Shown piece after piece: positions 42,638 to 52,334 of a stretch of 64,000 nt of DNA. Where the stretch lies: positions 158,408-222,407 of the forward strand of contig JAPMXV010000074.1 of the NCBI GenBank assembly GCA_026936335.1. Direction: 5' to 3'. Position 1 is the first letter of the stretch. Each line of letters begins with the position of its first letter. The notes under the pieces were generated by a model. That model saw nothing but the letters and a program-made list of their open reading frames with translations, was not told where the DNA came from and made no database searches. The stretch is from Mantamonas sphyraenae STR306 (Eukaryota > Protista > CRuMs). Position numbers and translations under genes: made by a program.

Positions 42638-44656
42638 TTATAGGGAGTTTGTTGTCTGGAGGCTCTCTGAGGAGGCAGCCTCCAAGTCGACGCTGCGGGA
42701 GAGTCGTAGAGCCTGGACGTCTTCTTCAACGAGCTCGAGGATATGTAGGTGGATGAGCTCTTGGATGTGGGGCCGTGTGGCAAGGGCGTTGTCGAGCTTC
42801 GACTCGAGGTTGTGCTTGCGGATCTGGTTTTGCTGGGCGCGGACCATGGGGCCGATGCGTGCGTGTGTGGGAGAATGCATGATGCCGCGATGGACGAGCT
42901 GCTCCTGGTCAGGCCTGTGCTCGAGCTTGGCCTCGAGTGAGTCTTCGAGGAGGTGGCGCTTGAGGCTGGCTTGGGCGTCGTGGAGGGTGCTTGCGACGGC
43001 GCGGTCCGACTGGAGGATGTTGCGTTGCTGCAGGTGTTGTATACGCGGCCTGTGATTGAGTTTTGTTTCCAGGGAGCGCTCGATGCTGTCCCAGTTGAGA
43101 TGGATGCTCTCGTCGAGGACTTCGGCGACAGGCATGTCGTTGAGGCGGTCGTCGTCCCATTGGTCGGGCACAAGGACGACAAGGTCGTCGTGTTGGTCAG
43201 CATCGTGTGTGGATGGAGAGTGTGCGTCGGAGTCCGAGTCGGAATGGACGTGGTCGTTTTCGTTGTGGCCAGTCTCGGCGAGGCGTTTTTCGAGCATGCT
43301 GGAGAGGACGAGCTCGACGCTGTGCTTGCGCAGCTTCTCTTGGGTTGTGCGGACGTTGTTTTGTACACGGTCGCCCTTCATGATGTTTTGGCGGACGAGG
43401 TCTGTGCGCGAGCGGCGCTTGTCCATGTTGTGTTGAAGCATGTTTTCGAGGATCCTGCGGTTGAGTTCAGACTGGGCAGCCTGGAGCTTGGGTGCGTTGA
43501 CGCTCTTCATGATGTTGCGGTTGACGAGGTTTGCACGCGAGGAACGGGCCTCCAACTGTGCGTCGAGATAGACGCGGAGCTGGCGCATGGACGGGGAGGT
43601 GCTGCTGTCGCTGCTGCTGCCGCTGCATTGTTCGCTGTCGCGGTCGTAGTCGTGGGATGACTCTGATGCTGGGAGGATGTGTCGCAGCTTGAGCTCGGTC
43701 TGGGACGGCCTGTTCTCGAGGCCCTTTTCGAGCTTGGCCTCAATGCGAGCACGCTCGAGTGAGTTGAGGGCCTCCTGCATGCCTGGACCACACTGGGAGT
43801 TGCTCTTGATGATGTTGTTGCCGATGAGGGAGTCCACAGAGGGCCTGTTTTCGAGGCGCTGGTTCAGCGTTCGTTCGAGGCGCTGGCGCTTGAGGTTGGC
43901 CTGGACGTTGTGAAGGCTGGGGGCGACCATGTGGGACTCTTTGAGGATGTTTTGGTCGAGAAGCTGGGTTTCGGATGGGCGTGTGGAGAGCCAACTCTGG
44001 AGCTGCTGCGCGGCAAGCTGGTGCTGATCAAAGACGGAGCGGGCGTATGTAGATTGGTTGGGGGAATGCTGTGCACAATCACTGTCTACAGTGTCGTCTT
44101 CCGAGTCGAACCAATTTGCGCGCTCCCACACGCTGCTGTGCGGGTTTGCGTTTGTGGAAAGGAAGGCCGGTGCAGAAGCCTGGTCGAGGTCGTCGTCGTC
44201 CGCGTCGACGTCGATGCGGTTGCGCATGCGCAAGTTTTCAAGATCCTCCTCTGTGGGGGTGATGCCGTAGTAGTCGAGGTAGGCGTCCATGTATCTGCGG
44301 GGAAGAAGGTCGGGGGCGTGAGCGGCGTGTTCTGGATTTTTTTTGGAATTTTCGCCAGGAAGGAACAGGCAGGGTGAACGGGGCGCGGACGGGCGAGGGA
44401 GGCGTGCAGAGGGCACGTACAGATGGTACACGCGTTCGATCTCTTCGCCCGAAAGCAATTCTGCAAGTGTTTGGTCGATACCGGCATCCTCCCAGTCGTA
44501 CACGTCGTCGTCTGCGACCTTCATCCGGACTTCATCACCTGCATCGCCTTCCGAGAGTGTGGAAGGAGAGGAGGTGCCGAGCTGCTTGGTCTCACCCGGG
44601 TCACTGTGGTAACCCTCGTCGTCGGAAGATATTCCGTCGTCGGAAAAGAGGCTCAT
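42638..44656 (-). CDS. Multi-RPEL-repeat protein (G-actin-binding motifs); one probable in-frame intron
   Basis: Eight RPxxxxLxxxxI(L/M)-type motifs, e.g. RPSETQLLDQNIL, RPSQTELKLRHIL, RPDQEQLVHRGIM. Confidence 0.85.
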   Translation of the reverse strand: MSLFSDDGISSDDEGYHSDPGETKQLGTSSPSTLSEGDAGDEVRMKVADDDVYDWEDAGIDQTLAELLSGEEIERVYHLYVPSARLPRPSAPRSPCLFLPGENSKKNPEHAAHAPDLLPRRYMDAYLDYYGITPTEEDLENLRMRNRIDVDADDDDLDQASAPAFLSTNANPHSSVWERANWFDSEDDTVDSDCAQHSPNQSTYARSVFDQHQLAAQQLQSWLSTRPSETQLLDQNILKESHMVAPSLHNVQANLKRQRLERTLNQRLENRPSVDSLIGNNIIKSNSQCGPGMQEALNSLERARIEAKLEKGLENRPSQTELKLRHILPASESSHDYDRDSEQCSGSSSDSSTSPSMRQLRVYLDAQLEARSSRANLVNRNIMKSVNAPKLQAAQSELNRRILENMLQHNMDKRRSRTDLVRQNIMKGDRVQNNVRTTQEKLRKHSVELVLSSMLEKRLAETGHNENDHVHSDSDSDAHSPSTHDADQHDDLVVLVPDQWDDDRLNDMPVAEVLDESIHLNWDSIERSLETKLNHRPRIQHLQQRNILQSDRAVASTLHDAQASLKRHLLEDSLEAKLEHRPDQEQLVHRGIMHSPTHARIGPMVRAQQNQIRKHNLESKLDNALATRPHIQELIHLHILELVEEDVQALRLSRSVDLEAASSESLQTTNSL

Positions 44657-44866
44657 GCAGAGGGGTGTGTGTGCGTGTGTGTGTGCGTGTTTGTGTTTCG
44701 TGTTGGGCGGTCCGGGGCAGGGTGGAGCAATGTTGGAAAGGATGAGGTGGTGGGGAATGGGTGGAGAGACAGGTGGGGGTGGTGGGGGTGGGGGATTTGG
44801 GTGTGGAGAGTGTGGGTGTGGGTGATTGGGAAGGGTGCGCAGGGCGGACAGACTCAACACGCAACC

Positions 44867-45867
44867 ATGGTGGGTGGAGGGAGAAGGGAAGGAAGGGAGA
44901 GAGGGAGAGGGAGAGGGAGAGGGAGAGATGTGTGAAGGGGACTGACGTGGCGTGTACAGGGACTGCTGAACTTGCTGAGGAAGCTGAAGAAGAAGGACGC
45001 GGAGATGCGCATCCTGATGCTGGGCCTGGACAACGCAGGCAAGACGACGATCCTGAAGTCGCTGGCTGACGAGGAGGTAAGCGAGTGAATGGGAGGAAAG
45101 GGGAGGGGGGGAGGGGGTGGGGGGGGTGAGGGGTTGGGGAGTAGGGGTTGGGGGGTAGGGTGGGGGGCGGCTGGGGTGAGATCAGTGCAACGGCTGGCTC
45201 GCTTGGAAGGCTTACGCGAGCGCGGGGGGGGCACGCGGGGGACGGCGTGGAGTACAGATCCAACACATCATGCCCACGCAAGGATTCAACATCAAGAGCA
45301 TCAACCGCGAGTCGTTCAACTTGAACGTGTGGGACATCGGAGGTGGGTGGACGGAGCGAGGAGGGCGGGAGGAGCTTTTTTGGCGCGGGGACGGAAAACG
45401 CTGACGGCAGGGGCGGTACGGATGCACAGGGCAAAAGACGATCCGACCGTACTGGAGGCAGTACTTTGACAACACGGACGCGCTGGTGTATGTGATTGAC
45501 AGTGCAGACAGCAAACGTCTGGAGGAGACGGGCGACGAGCTGAACGAGATCCTGGAGGAGGACCAGCTGGCAGGCGTGCCTGTTCTGATCTATGCCAACA
45601 AACAGGACCTGCTGGACGCAGAGTCCCCAGAGGAGGTGAGGATAGGGAGGGGACGGAGTGAGACGGGAAGAAGACCGCGGGGGAGCGTGGAGACGCATGC
45701 TGACACAGGGCGTGGGGTCGCAGATTGCCGAGGCGCTGAACCTGCAGGAGATCCGGGACCGTGTGTGGCAGATCCAGCCGTGCTCAGCCAAGAGTGGAGA
45801 GGGATTGGAGGATGGTCTGGAGTGGCTGATGTCAAACTCGCAGGGGAGTGGCTCCAACTCAAAGTGA
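44867..45867 (+). CDS. ARL3: ADP-ribosylation factor-like 3 (ciliary GTPase); 4 introns, first coding exon is ATG only
   Basis: Spliced product [12 protein letters not shown]...GLDNAGKTT...PTQGFNIK...[13 protein letters not shown]...ANKQD...PCSAKSGEG. Confidence 0.93.
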
Positions 45868-45944
45868 CGGGATGGGGGTTTGTGGAATGGAGGGCAATTC
45901 TTGTCAATGTGCAATGGAATGATGATTGGTTTTGGAAGGGGAGG

Positions 45945-47297
45945 TCATTGGGAGGTGGTGGACGAGGCGTCGGGGAGGTCGATGGGAGTCACGATGCCGC
46001 CGAGGTGGTCGACGTAGTCACGGAGGGAGGCGGAAGCCCAGTCAAAGTCTGTGTGGGCGACAGATTGGGTTGCCAGAGGGTTTGCGAGGAGGGTGTGGAC
46101 ACACTCGACGATGGCGGCGTGGCAGCGGTGCATCTCAAAGAGAAAGGTGCTGACGTGGCCGGCATCCATCCAGCGGAGGGAGGAGCCGGGCCACATGTGA
46201 TGGAGGCGGGTGGGGCTGTAGGCAGGCACGTAGCCATCGTCCTTGCCAGCGAGGAAGATGACGGCGTCTGGGAGTTTGGGCGGGCTGAAGCGGGAGACGT
46301 CTGTGCAGTCGGTGAAGAACTTGAAGATGGAACGACACTCTCGTTGGCTGAGAGAGTGTGTGCGGAGCTCACGGGAGCGGCGGTTTGCGCTTGGGCGGGG
46401 CCGTGTGGTGCGGAAGGAGGCGACGCTTTTGGCGTCGTCGAATGTGGCCTGGTGCTCGACGCCAAAGATGCGCTTGATGGAGGGGTCGCGCTGGAGGGCG
46501 GCCCATGTGACGGTGTGTTGCATGCAGCCCTCGAGAAAGACAACGGTGCCAGCGTGCTGTGGAAGGACAGAGACGAGGCCGACGGGGAGGCGCGTGGTGG
46601 CGGCGGTCAGCTGGGAGGAGGAGCCGCCCATGCTCATGCCAGAGACGACAATGGGGCCGAGGCCGCGGCTGACGAGCCACTCGGTGAGAAAGCGGGCCTC
46701 GAGGATGCAGGACATGCCCATTCGCATGAGGTCGGCGACGGTGCGGATTTGCGTGCCGACCTGGCCCGGGGGCGCCCTATGGCCATAGTAGGCTATCTCG
46801 AGAACGCAGGAGGCGATGCCCTGACGGGCAAGCGGGAGGGCAAGGGTTTGTACACGGCGTTCAAAGCCTGCATCGCCTGTGCCCGGGAGGAGAAGGACGC
46901 AGGGGCGGTGGGGGTCGTACGGGGAGGCACGCGGGATGAGGACGCGAAAGTGGACGACAGCAACGTTGCCCGAGAGGTGTTCGAGAGGCGACTGGAACTC
47001 GCCGTGGAGCATTTCGATGTTGTCGGAGAGGGTTTGGACGTGCGAAAGGTACACTCGTCGGTCTTTGCACAGCTCCTCGCTGGACATGGCCTTTTTCTCC
47101 TCGGAGAGACGCGCATAGTCGGCAAGGAAGGAGTGCGACGGGTCTGCACTCCAGCCGTCGGCAAAGTAGAGGTAGAAGCGGGAGTAGAGGTGGAAGTAGA
47201 AAAAGTCGAGCCAGTGCATGCCACAGATGGCGTTTAGGTAGGGAGTGATGAGTTGGTAGAGCCACCAGAGGCAGGTTGTGATGAATGGAGGGAGCAT
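45945..47297 (-). CDS. ABHD18: ABHD18 / DUF2048-like alpha/beta hydrolase
   Basis: Motifs FQSPL, LPGTGD, YYGHRAP, GMSMGG, DDGYVP, WPGS...AGHVS. Confidence 0.85.
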   Translation of the reverse strand: MLPPFITTCLWWLYQLITPYLNAICGMHWLDFFYFHLYSRFYLYFADGWSADPSHSFLADYARLSEEKKAMSSEELCKDRRVYLSHVQTLSDNIEMLHGEFQSPLEHLSGNVAVVHFRVLIPRASPYDPHRPCVLLLPGTGDAGFERRVQTLALPLARQGIASCVLEIAYYGHRAPPGQVGTQIRTVADLMRMGMSCILEARFLTEWLVSRGLGPIVVSGMSMGGSSSQLTAATTRLPVGLVSVLPQHAGTVVFLEGCMQHTVTWAALQRDPSIKRIFGVEHQATFDDAKSVASFRTTRPRPSANRRSRELRTHSLSQRECRSIFKFFTDCTDVSRFSPPKLPDAVIFLAGKDDGYVPAYSPTRLHHMWPGSSLRWMDAGHVSTFLFEMHRCHAAIVECVHTLLANPLATQSVAHTDFDWASASLRDYVDHLGGIVTPIDLPDASSTTSQ

Positions 47298-47375
47298 GGT
47301 GGGTGAGGGAGGAGGGGGGGGGGAGAGGTGGTTTTGGTTGGGGAGGTTGGGGAGGATGGGGGGTTTCCATTTGGG

Positions 47376-48565
47376 TCACATGTCCTCCACAACGTCCCAG
47401 TCGAGGATGCCGTCGATGTGGTTGGCAACAAGCTCAAAGACAGAGAGGGAGATGGCGTTGGCAGGGATGACGCGGAGGATGTTTGTAAAAAGGCCCTTGT
47501 AGAGGCCACGGTAGCCCTCGCGCTGGACAATGGTGGAGACGACGGGGCGGATGCGCTGTTCGGTGGCACCGGATATCTGCATGTTTGCGCGTACGACCTC
47601 GTAGGGGTAGGTGAGGGCCTGGGCGACAATGACGGCGGCAATGCTGTCGAGAAAGAGGATGTGTGCAGGGAGATCGTCCATGTGGTCGACGTCGTGGAGG
47701 CGGCGGACATGGTAGAGCTTGAGGTGTTCGTAGAGCGGGTACTGGATCATGACCATAAAGGCGCCGAGGAGCTGTGCATTGAGGCCGTGGAAGAGGGAGG
47801 AAGGACCTTCGTGGCGCCACATGTGGCGGAGGCAGTCGAGAGAGTTTTTGTACATGTATGCAGGAGGGCGGCCCATGCGTGCGAGGCCATGCTGTGTCTG
47901 CATGCGTGTCTTGATGACGTAGATGGGCGAGGTGACGGCGGCGGTGCTGACCCATGCAGAGCCGACCGAGGCGGCGAGGATGGGGACGTCAAGCTGGTTG
48001 CGGCCTGTGTGTGTGGCAATGGTGTTGCGCAAATAATGATACTGGGCGAGAAAGAGACCCCAAGAGGGCACGAGGGCAAAGAGAGTCGGGCCGAGGCCGC
48101 GATAGAGGCCGACGAGGCCGTCTTCGGCAAGGACGACCTTCATGGTGCCAAAGGTGCCCTTGTAGCGAACGTTGGAGGAGCTGCCGGTGTGCTGCACCTG
48201 CTGAAGGACCTTGACGACGTCTGCGTGATGGGAGGCTGTGTGAGCGGGTGGGGCAGGCAAATGCTCCGAAAGGCGGACGAAACGCACCAAACGGGTGAGA
48301 TACAGAGGCGGAGGTGAAGGAAGCGACGACTGTGGGGTAGAGAGAGAGCGTGGGGATTGTGTGAGACAGGTTTGGGGCGGGAGCGGAGGGGTGAGCATGC
48401 GTGGGTGGGCGTGTACCTGATGCGCCGGCATATTGGGCGAGGGAGGCGCTGTGATGGGCGTCGAGGGAGGGGGTGGGGGGTGTGAGCGGAGGGACTGAGC
48501 GGGGGGGGGAATGTGGAGGTGGGCAGCACGTACACGACGGACGAGGGAGGATCGTCGGATGGCAT
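47376..48565 (-). CDS. Mitochondrial carrier (SLC25; NAD/folate/pyrimidine-nucleotide carrier-like); 3 short 5' introns
   Basis: Spliced N-terminus MPSDDPPSSVV|ASLAQYAGAS|VVASFTSASVSHPF|DVVK restores the first Px(D/E)xx(K/R) motif. Further repeats PIYVIKTRMQ and PYEVVRANMQ, plus GLYRG/GLYKG. Confidence 0.88.
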
Positions 48566-48612
48566 CGATTGGGTTGGAGAGGCGCGAGAGGAGGCAACTG
48601 CAGGGCAGGTCG

Positions 48613-51126
48613 ATGTCGATGGAACTGGACGACGCCGTGGCAGAGTGGGATGCGGCGTTTGCGACGCCGCAGGATGTGGATGAGGATGATGGATCGCAAA
48701 GGGAGCCGTACGCGTACGTGGACAACCAGCGGGAGGAGCTGGAAGAGCTTGTGGATGCGTGGGAGGCGCTGGATGGGGAACAAGAGGAGCGAGGGGCGAC
48801 GCGTGTGTTGTTGGGGGAGATGGGGGGCGAGGCAGAGGAACGCGTGGTGTCGTTTGTGCGGCGTGAGCTGCCAGGGTGGAGGGGACCGAGCGAGGCGGAG
48901 CGCAAACGGAAGGAGCGGGAGGAGATGGCAGAAAGCATGCGGTCTCAGGGTCGTAAGCGTCGCAACCACGCTCGAGAGCGGCTGGAACGGCGAGCAAATG
49001 CGTCTGTGAGCTGGGCGTTGCCAGGTAAGGGTGCGGTTGTGTTTTTTTGGTGGGAGTTTGGCGCGCTTTTTTGGCTGGACGCTGACGTGTGGGCACACGC
49101 AGAGGGGGCGAGCGTGTCGTTGACAGGGGTCAATGGAGAGCGAGTGTACATCAAGAAGCGTGACATGGCGAGCGAGGAGGCGGAACGGAGGACGAGAGAG
49201 GCGGGTGCGGAACGTGGGGTGTTGCTGGGGCGGCCGTTTGGGCAGGTGTTGCAGGAGGCATACGACTGCGCGGTGGCACGGCGGCTGCAACGAGAGGAGG
49301 GGTCGTCGAGGGAAGGCATGGGCGAGGAGGATGAGATGGAGGGGAGGGATGAGGAGGCGCAGGTGCAGACGCAGAATCTGTGGGTGCACAAGTACGCAGC
49401 GCGGTCGTACGTGGAGCTGCTGAGCAACGAAGAGGCAAACCGGACGGTGCTGGGTTGGGTCAAGGCGTGGGATGAGGTTGTGTTTCGGGGCGCAAAGGAG
49501 GGTGGGCCGGAGGAGAAGTTGTTGCTGTTGGCTGGGCCGCCTGGGTACGGCAAGACGACGCTGGCGCACGTGGTGGCGGAGCATGCGGGATACAAGGCGC
49601 TGGAGTTGAATGCAAGCGACGAGCGAACGGCAAGCAAGCTGGTGGAGCGTGTGGAGAACGCGTCGAGCACAAACACGCTGCTGGGGTCTGAGAAGCCTGC
49701 GCTGTTGATTCTGGATGAGATCGATGGAGCAATGGGCGGGAGCGAGGGACGCGGGGCAGTGAACGCGTTGGTGGCGTATGTGGAGAAGAAAGGCCTGCGG
49801 CGTCCTGTGGTGTGCATCTGCAACGAGCTGTACTCTGCGTCGCTGCGGCCGCTGCGGGCGGTGGCAAAGGTGGTGGAGATGAAGAAACCGCGAAAGGAGA
49901 GCGTGATGGGGCGGCTGCAGCAGGTGTGTCGTGAAGAAGAACTGGAGGCGGACGTCGGGGCGCTGGCGAAGCTGGTGGAGCTGAGCGACAACGACATACG
50001 GGCGTGTGTGAACGCGCTGCAGTTTGTTTCCCGGCGTTCGGGGCGGTTTACGCGTGGGATGATCACGCCGGAGCTGATGGGTCAGAAGGATGTGAAGCTG
50101 GGCTACTTTGCGGTGCTGCAGAAGATCTATCAGCGAAAGCGGAGGGGTGGGGACGGGCGAGAGCTCGCGCGAATGCTGGAACGGACGAGCGAGCAGGAGC
50201 GGCTGGCGCAAGGAGTGTTTGAAAGCATGCCGACGGCACGTCCGGGAGACCCCGAGATGGTGCGGAGCGACAAGGCGCTGGAGTGGCTGGGGTTCTATGA
50301 CATGATGCAGGCGGGAGCGGTTCGGGAGCAGGCGTACACGCTGATGCGGTACCAGAACGTGGCTCTGGAAGGAGTGCACGTTGTGCAGGGGAAGGAGGGG
50401 TACACGCGGGTGTCGTGGCCATTTGCATACGCAGAGGCAGAAAAGACGCGGCGGCGTGTGCGTGAAGAGGTGCACCGTGTGTGGCGAGGGGTGGATGCGC
50501 GTGTGTGTGCGTACGTGTCGCAGCGTGTGCTTGTTCAGGAGATCGTAGGGTCGCTGGTGGACGTGTTGTCGCCAAAGATGCGCGAGGTGAGCGTTCATCT
50601 GCTAACGAACGAGGAAAAGGACAGGCTGAGCGAGCTTGCGTGGCTGCTGGTGGAGTACGGCCTGAGGATGTCGAGCCAGAGCGACGAGGAGGGCAAGCTG
50701 AAGGTGCAGTTTACGCCGGATGTGGCAGGGCTGCTGCCGATGGAAGGCAGGGCGCGTGCAAGGGGCCAGCTGAGCGCGGCAGGAGTGCAAGAGGTTGCGC
50801 GAGAGTTGCGGCGTGTGGCGTCGACGCGAGAGAACGGACAGGTGAGCGGGGCAATGGCGATGGATGCGCTGCGAGAGCAGAAGGAGCGGGAGGAAAAGGC
50901 GAGGGAGGCAGGAAACAGCCAGGTGGCGGAGACGGTGGTGCGACGGGATTTCTTTGGGCGTGTGATCAAGGAGGAGGGCAAGAGGCGGGATGGGGCGGGA
51001 GGCGGTGGAGAAAGCGGAGAGGGCGGCGGGGGCGTGGACGGAGATGGGAAAGCGGTGCGGTACCATTTTCAGAGCGGGTTTACGAATGCGGTGAAGCGGA
51101 GGATTGTGGTGGGAGACCTGCTGTAG
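48613..51126 (+). CDS. CHTF18: Chromosome transmission fidelity protein 18 (RFC-like AAA+); one in-frame intron near 49025-49102
   Basis: Motifs LWVHKY, GPPGYGKTT, ELNASDER, LILDEIDG, RRPVVCICN, DIRAC, RDFFGR, and C-terminal GFTNAVKR. Confidence 0.95.
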   Translation: MSMELDDAVAEWDAAFATPQDVDEDDGSQREPYAYVDNQREELEELVDAWEALDGEQEERGATRVLLGEMGGEAEERVVSFVRRELPGWRGPSEAERKRKEREEMAESMRSQGRKRRNHARERLERRANASVSWALPGKGAVVFFWWEFGALFWLDADVWAHAEGASVSLTGVNGERVYIKKRDMASEEAERRTREAGAERGVLLGRPFGQVLQEAYDCAVARRLQREEGSSREGMGEEDEMEGRDEEAQVQTQNLWVHKYAARSYVELLSNEEANRTVLGWVKAWDEVVFRGAKEGGPEEKLLLLAGPPGYGKTTLAHVVAEHAGYKALELNASDERTASKLVERVENASSTNTLLGSEKPALLILDEIDGAMGGSEGRGAVNALVAYVEKKGLRRPVVCICNELYSASLRPLRAVAKVVEMKKPRKESVMGRLQQVCREEELEADVGALAKLVELSDNDIRACVNALQFVSRRSGRFTRGMITPELMGQKDVKLGYFAVLQKIYQRKRRGGDGRELARMLERTSEQERLAQGVFESMPTARPGDPEMVRSDKALEWLGFYDMMQAGAVREQAYTLMRYQNVALEGVHVVQGKEGYTRVSWPFAYAEAEKTRRRVREEVHRVWRGVDARVCAYVSQRVLVQEIVGSLVDVLSPKMREVSVHLLTNEEKDRLSELAWLLVEYGLRMSSQSDEEGKLKVQFTPDVAGLLPMEGRARARGQLSAAGVQEVARELRRVASTRENGQVSGAMAMDALREQKEREEKAREAGNSQVAETVVRRDFFGRVIKEEGKRRDGAGGGGESGEGGGGVDGDGKAVRYHFQSGFTNAVKRRIVVGDLL

Positions 51127-51153
51127 GGAGGAAAGAATGCAAGGGAGGATTGA

Positions 51154-52239
51154 TTACACGGGGGTGTGCTGCCAGCCCCAGACCATGACGTACTGGGAGA
51201 TGAGGTTGCCGATGACGAGGATGACAAAGGCGACGAGGATGACGGCTGTGTCGATGCGGATGCGCTTTTGCTCGTCGTCGGTGTCGAGAAGGTCGCTGTT
51301 GAAACTCTTGTACATCTTGAGCTGCTGGCCATTGATTTCGGGGTCGTCGCCACGGCCCTGGCCGACGATGGTGACGAAGCTGAGGCGGAGAGAGTCCCAC
51401 ATGGGCAGGCTGTTGTACATGTGGAAGTGGATCATGAGGATGGTCTCAAAGAGCATAAAGGCAACGCCCCAGGTCATCCAGGAGAAGAGGTTCATGACGT
51501 CGTTGGGCGGGAAGGACAGGGCGGGGTCCATGGCGAGGACGATGTAGCCGAGGACGATCTGGACGATGTTGTCGACAAAGGTCATGAACTGCGGGGCACG
51601 GGTGTTGTAAAAGTGGAGGAGAATGCCAAGGAGGGCGCCGACGGTGGTCTGGCCCATGGTGTGGAAGCCGAGAGCCATGCGTTCCATGTTGACGAGGACG
51701 ATGATAACGAGGCCGAGGATGCGGGAGCCGACGGGAAAGATGGGTGCAACGTCGAGGAAGAGGGAGGCAAAGATGGCACCGGACATGGCGTCGCCGCTGG
51801 GCATGCCGTAGATGGAGCCGACCTGGACAAAGGGACCGCCATCGGTGCTGCACTCGCAAGGGCGGTGCTGGCGGAAGACGGCGTAGAGGGCGACGTCGAG
51901 GACGAGGGCATAGCCGATGCGGTGGATAAAGTTGAGGAGGGTGAGCATGATTTGGGCATAGCGTGTGTTGTTCTCGTCCGAGTCACGCTTGAAGAGAATG
52001 GGAAGGAGGAGGATGAGGCAGACGGGCACTTGTGCGAGGAAGCGAGGATTGATCCAGCTCTGGACAAGCTGGCTTTGCTGAGTGAGGTAGCCCGGCGGGT
52101 TGTCGATGCGGCACTTGTTGAAGAAGGAGTCGTCGAGGGTGTTTCGGCAGACGCGGTCCGCGTGTACTGTGGAGGCGAGGGCCAAGGAGACGAGGAGGGT
52201 GGCGAGGAGGGTAGAGATGGAGAGGGAAGAAGAACGCAT
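51154..52239 (-). CDS. PAP2-superfamily (DOLPP1-like) membrane protein with signal peptide and altered catalytic motifs
   Basis: Motifs RQHRP, YGMPSGD, ERMALGFHTMGQ, and multiple TM helices. Confidence 0.75.
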   Translation of the reverse strand: MRSSSLSISTLLATLLVSLALASTVHADRVCRNTLDDSFFNKCRIDNPPGYLTQQSQLVQSWINPRFLAQVPVCLILLLPILFKRDSDENNTRYAQIMLTLLNFIHRIGYALVLDVALYAVFRQHRPCECSTDGGPFVQVGSIYGMPSGDAMSGAIFASLFLDVAPIFPVGSRILGLVIIVLVNMERMALGFHTMGQTTVGALLGILLHFYNTRAPQFMTFVDNIVQIVLGYIVLAMDPALSFPPNDVMNLFSWMTWGVAFMLFETILMIHFHMYNSLPMWDSLRLSFVTIVGQGRGDDPEINGQQLKMYKSFNSDLLDTDDEQKRIRIDTAVILVAFVILVIGNLISQYVMVWGWQHTPV

Positions 52240-52334
52240 GGTGAGGAAGGGGGGGTGGGGGGGGAGGGGGAAGGGTCGATGGATGGGTTGGGGTTGGGAG
52301 GGCGGGTGGGGAGGCACAGAATATTAGTAGCAAC

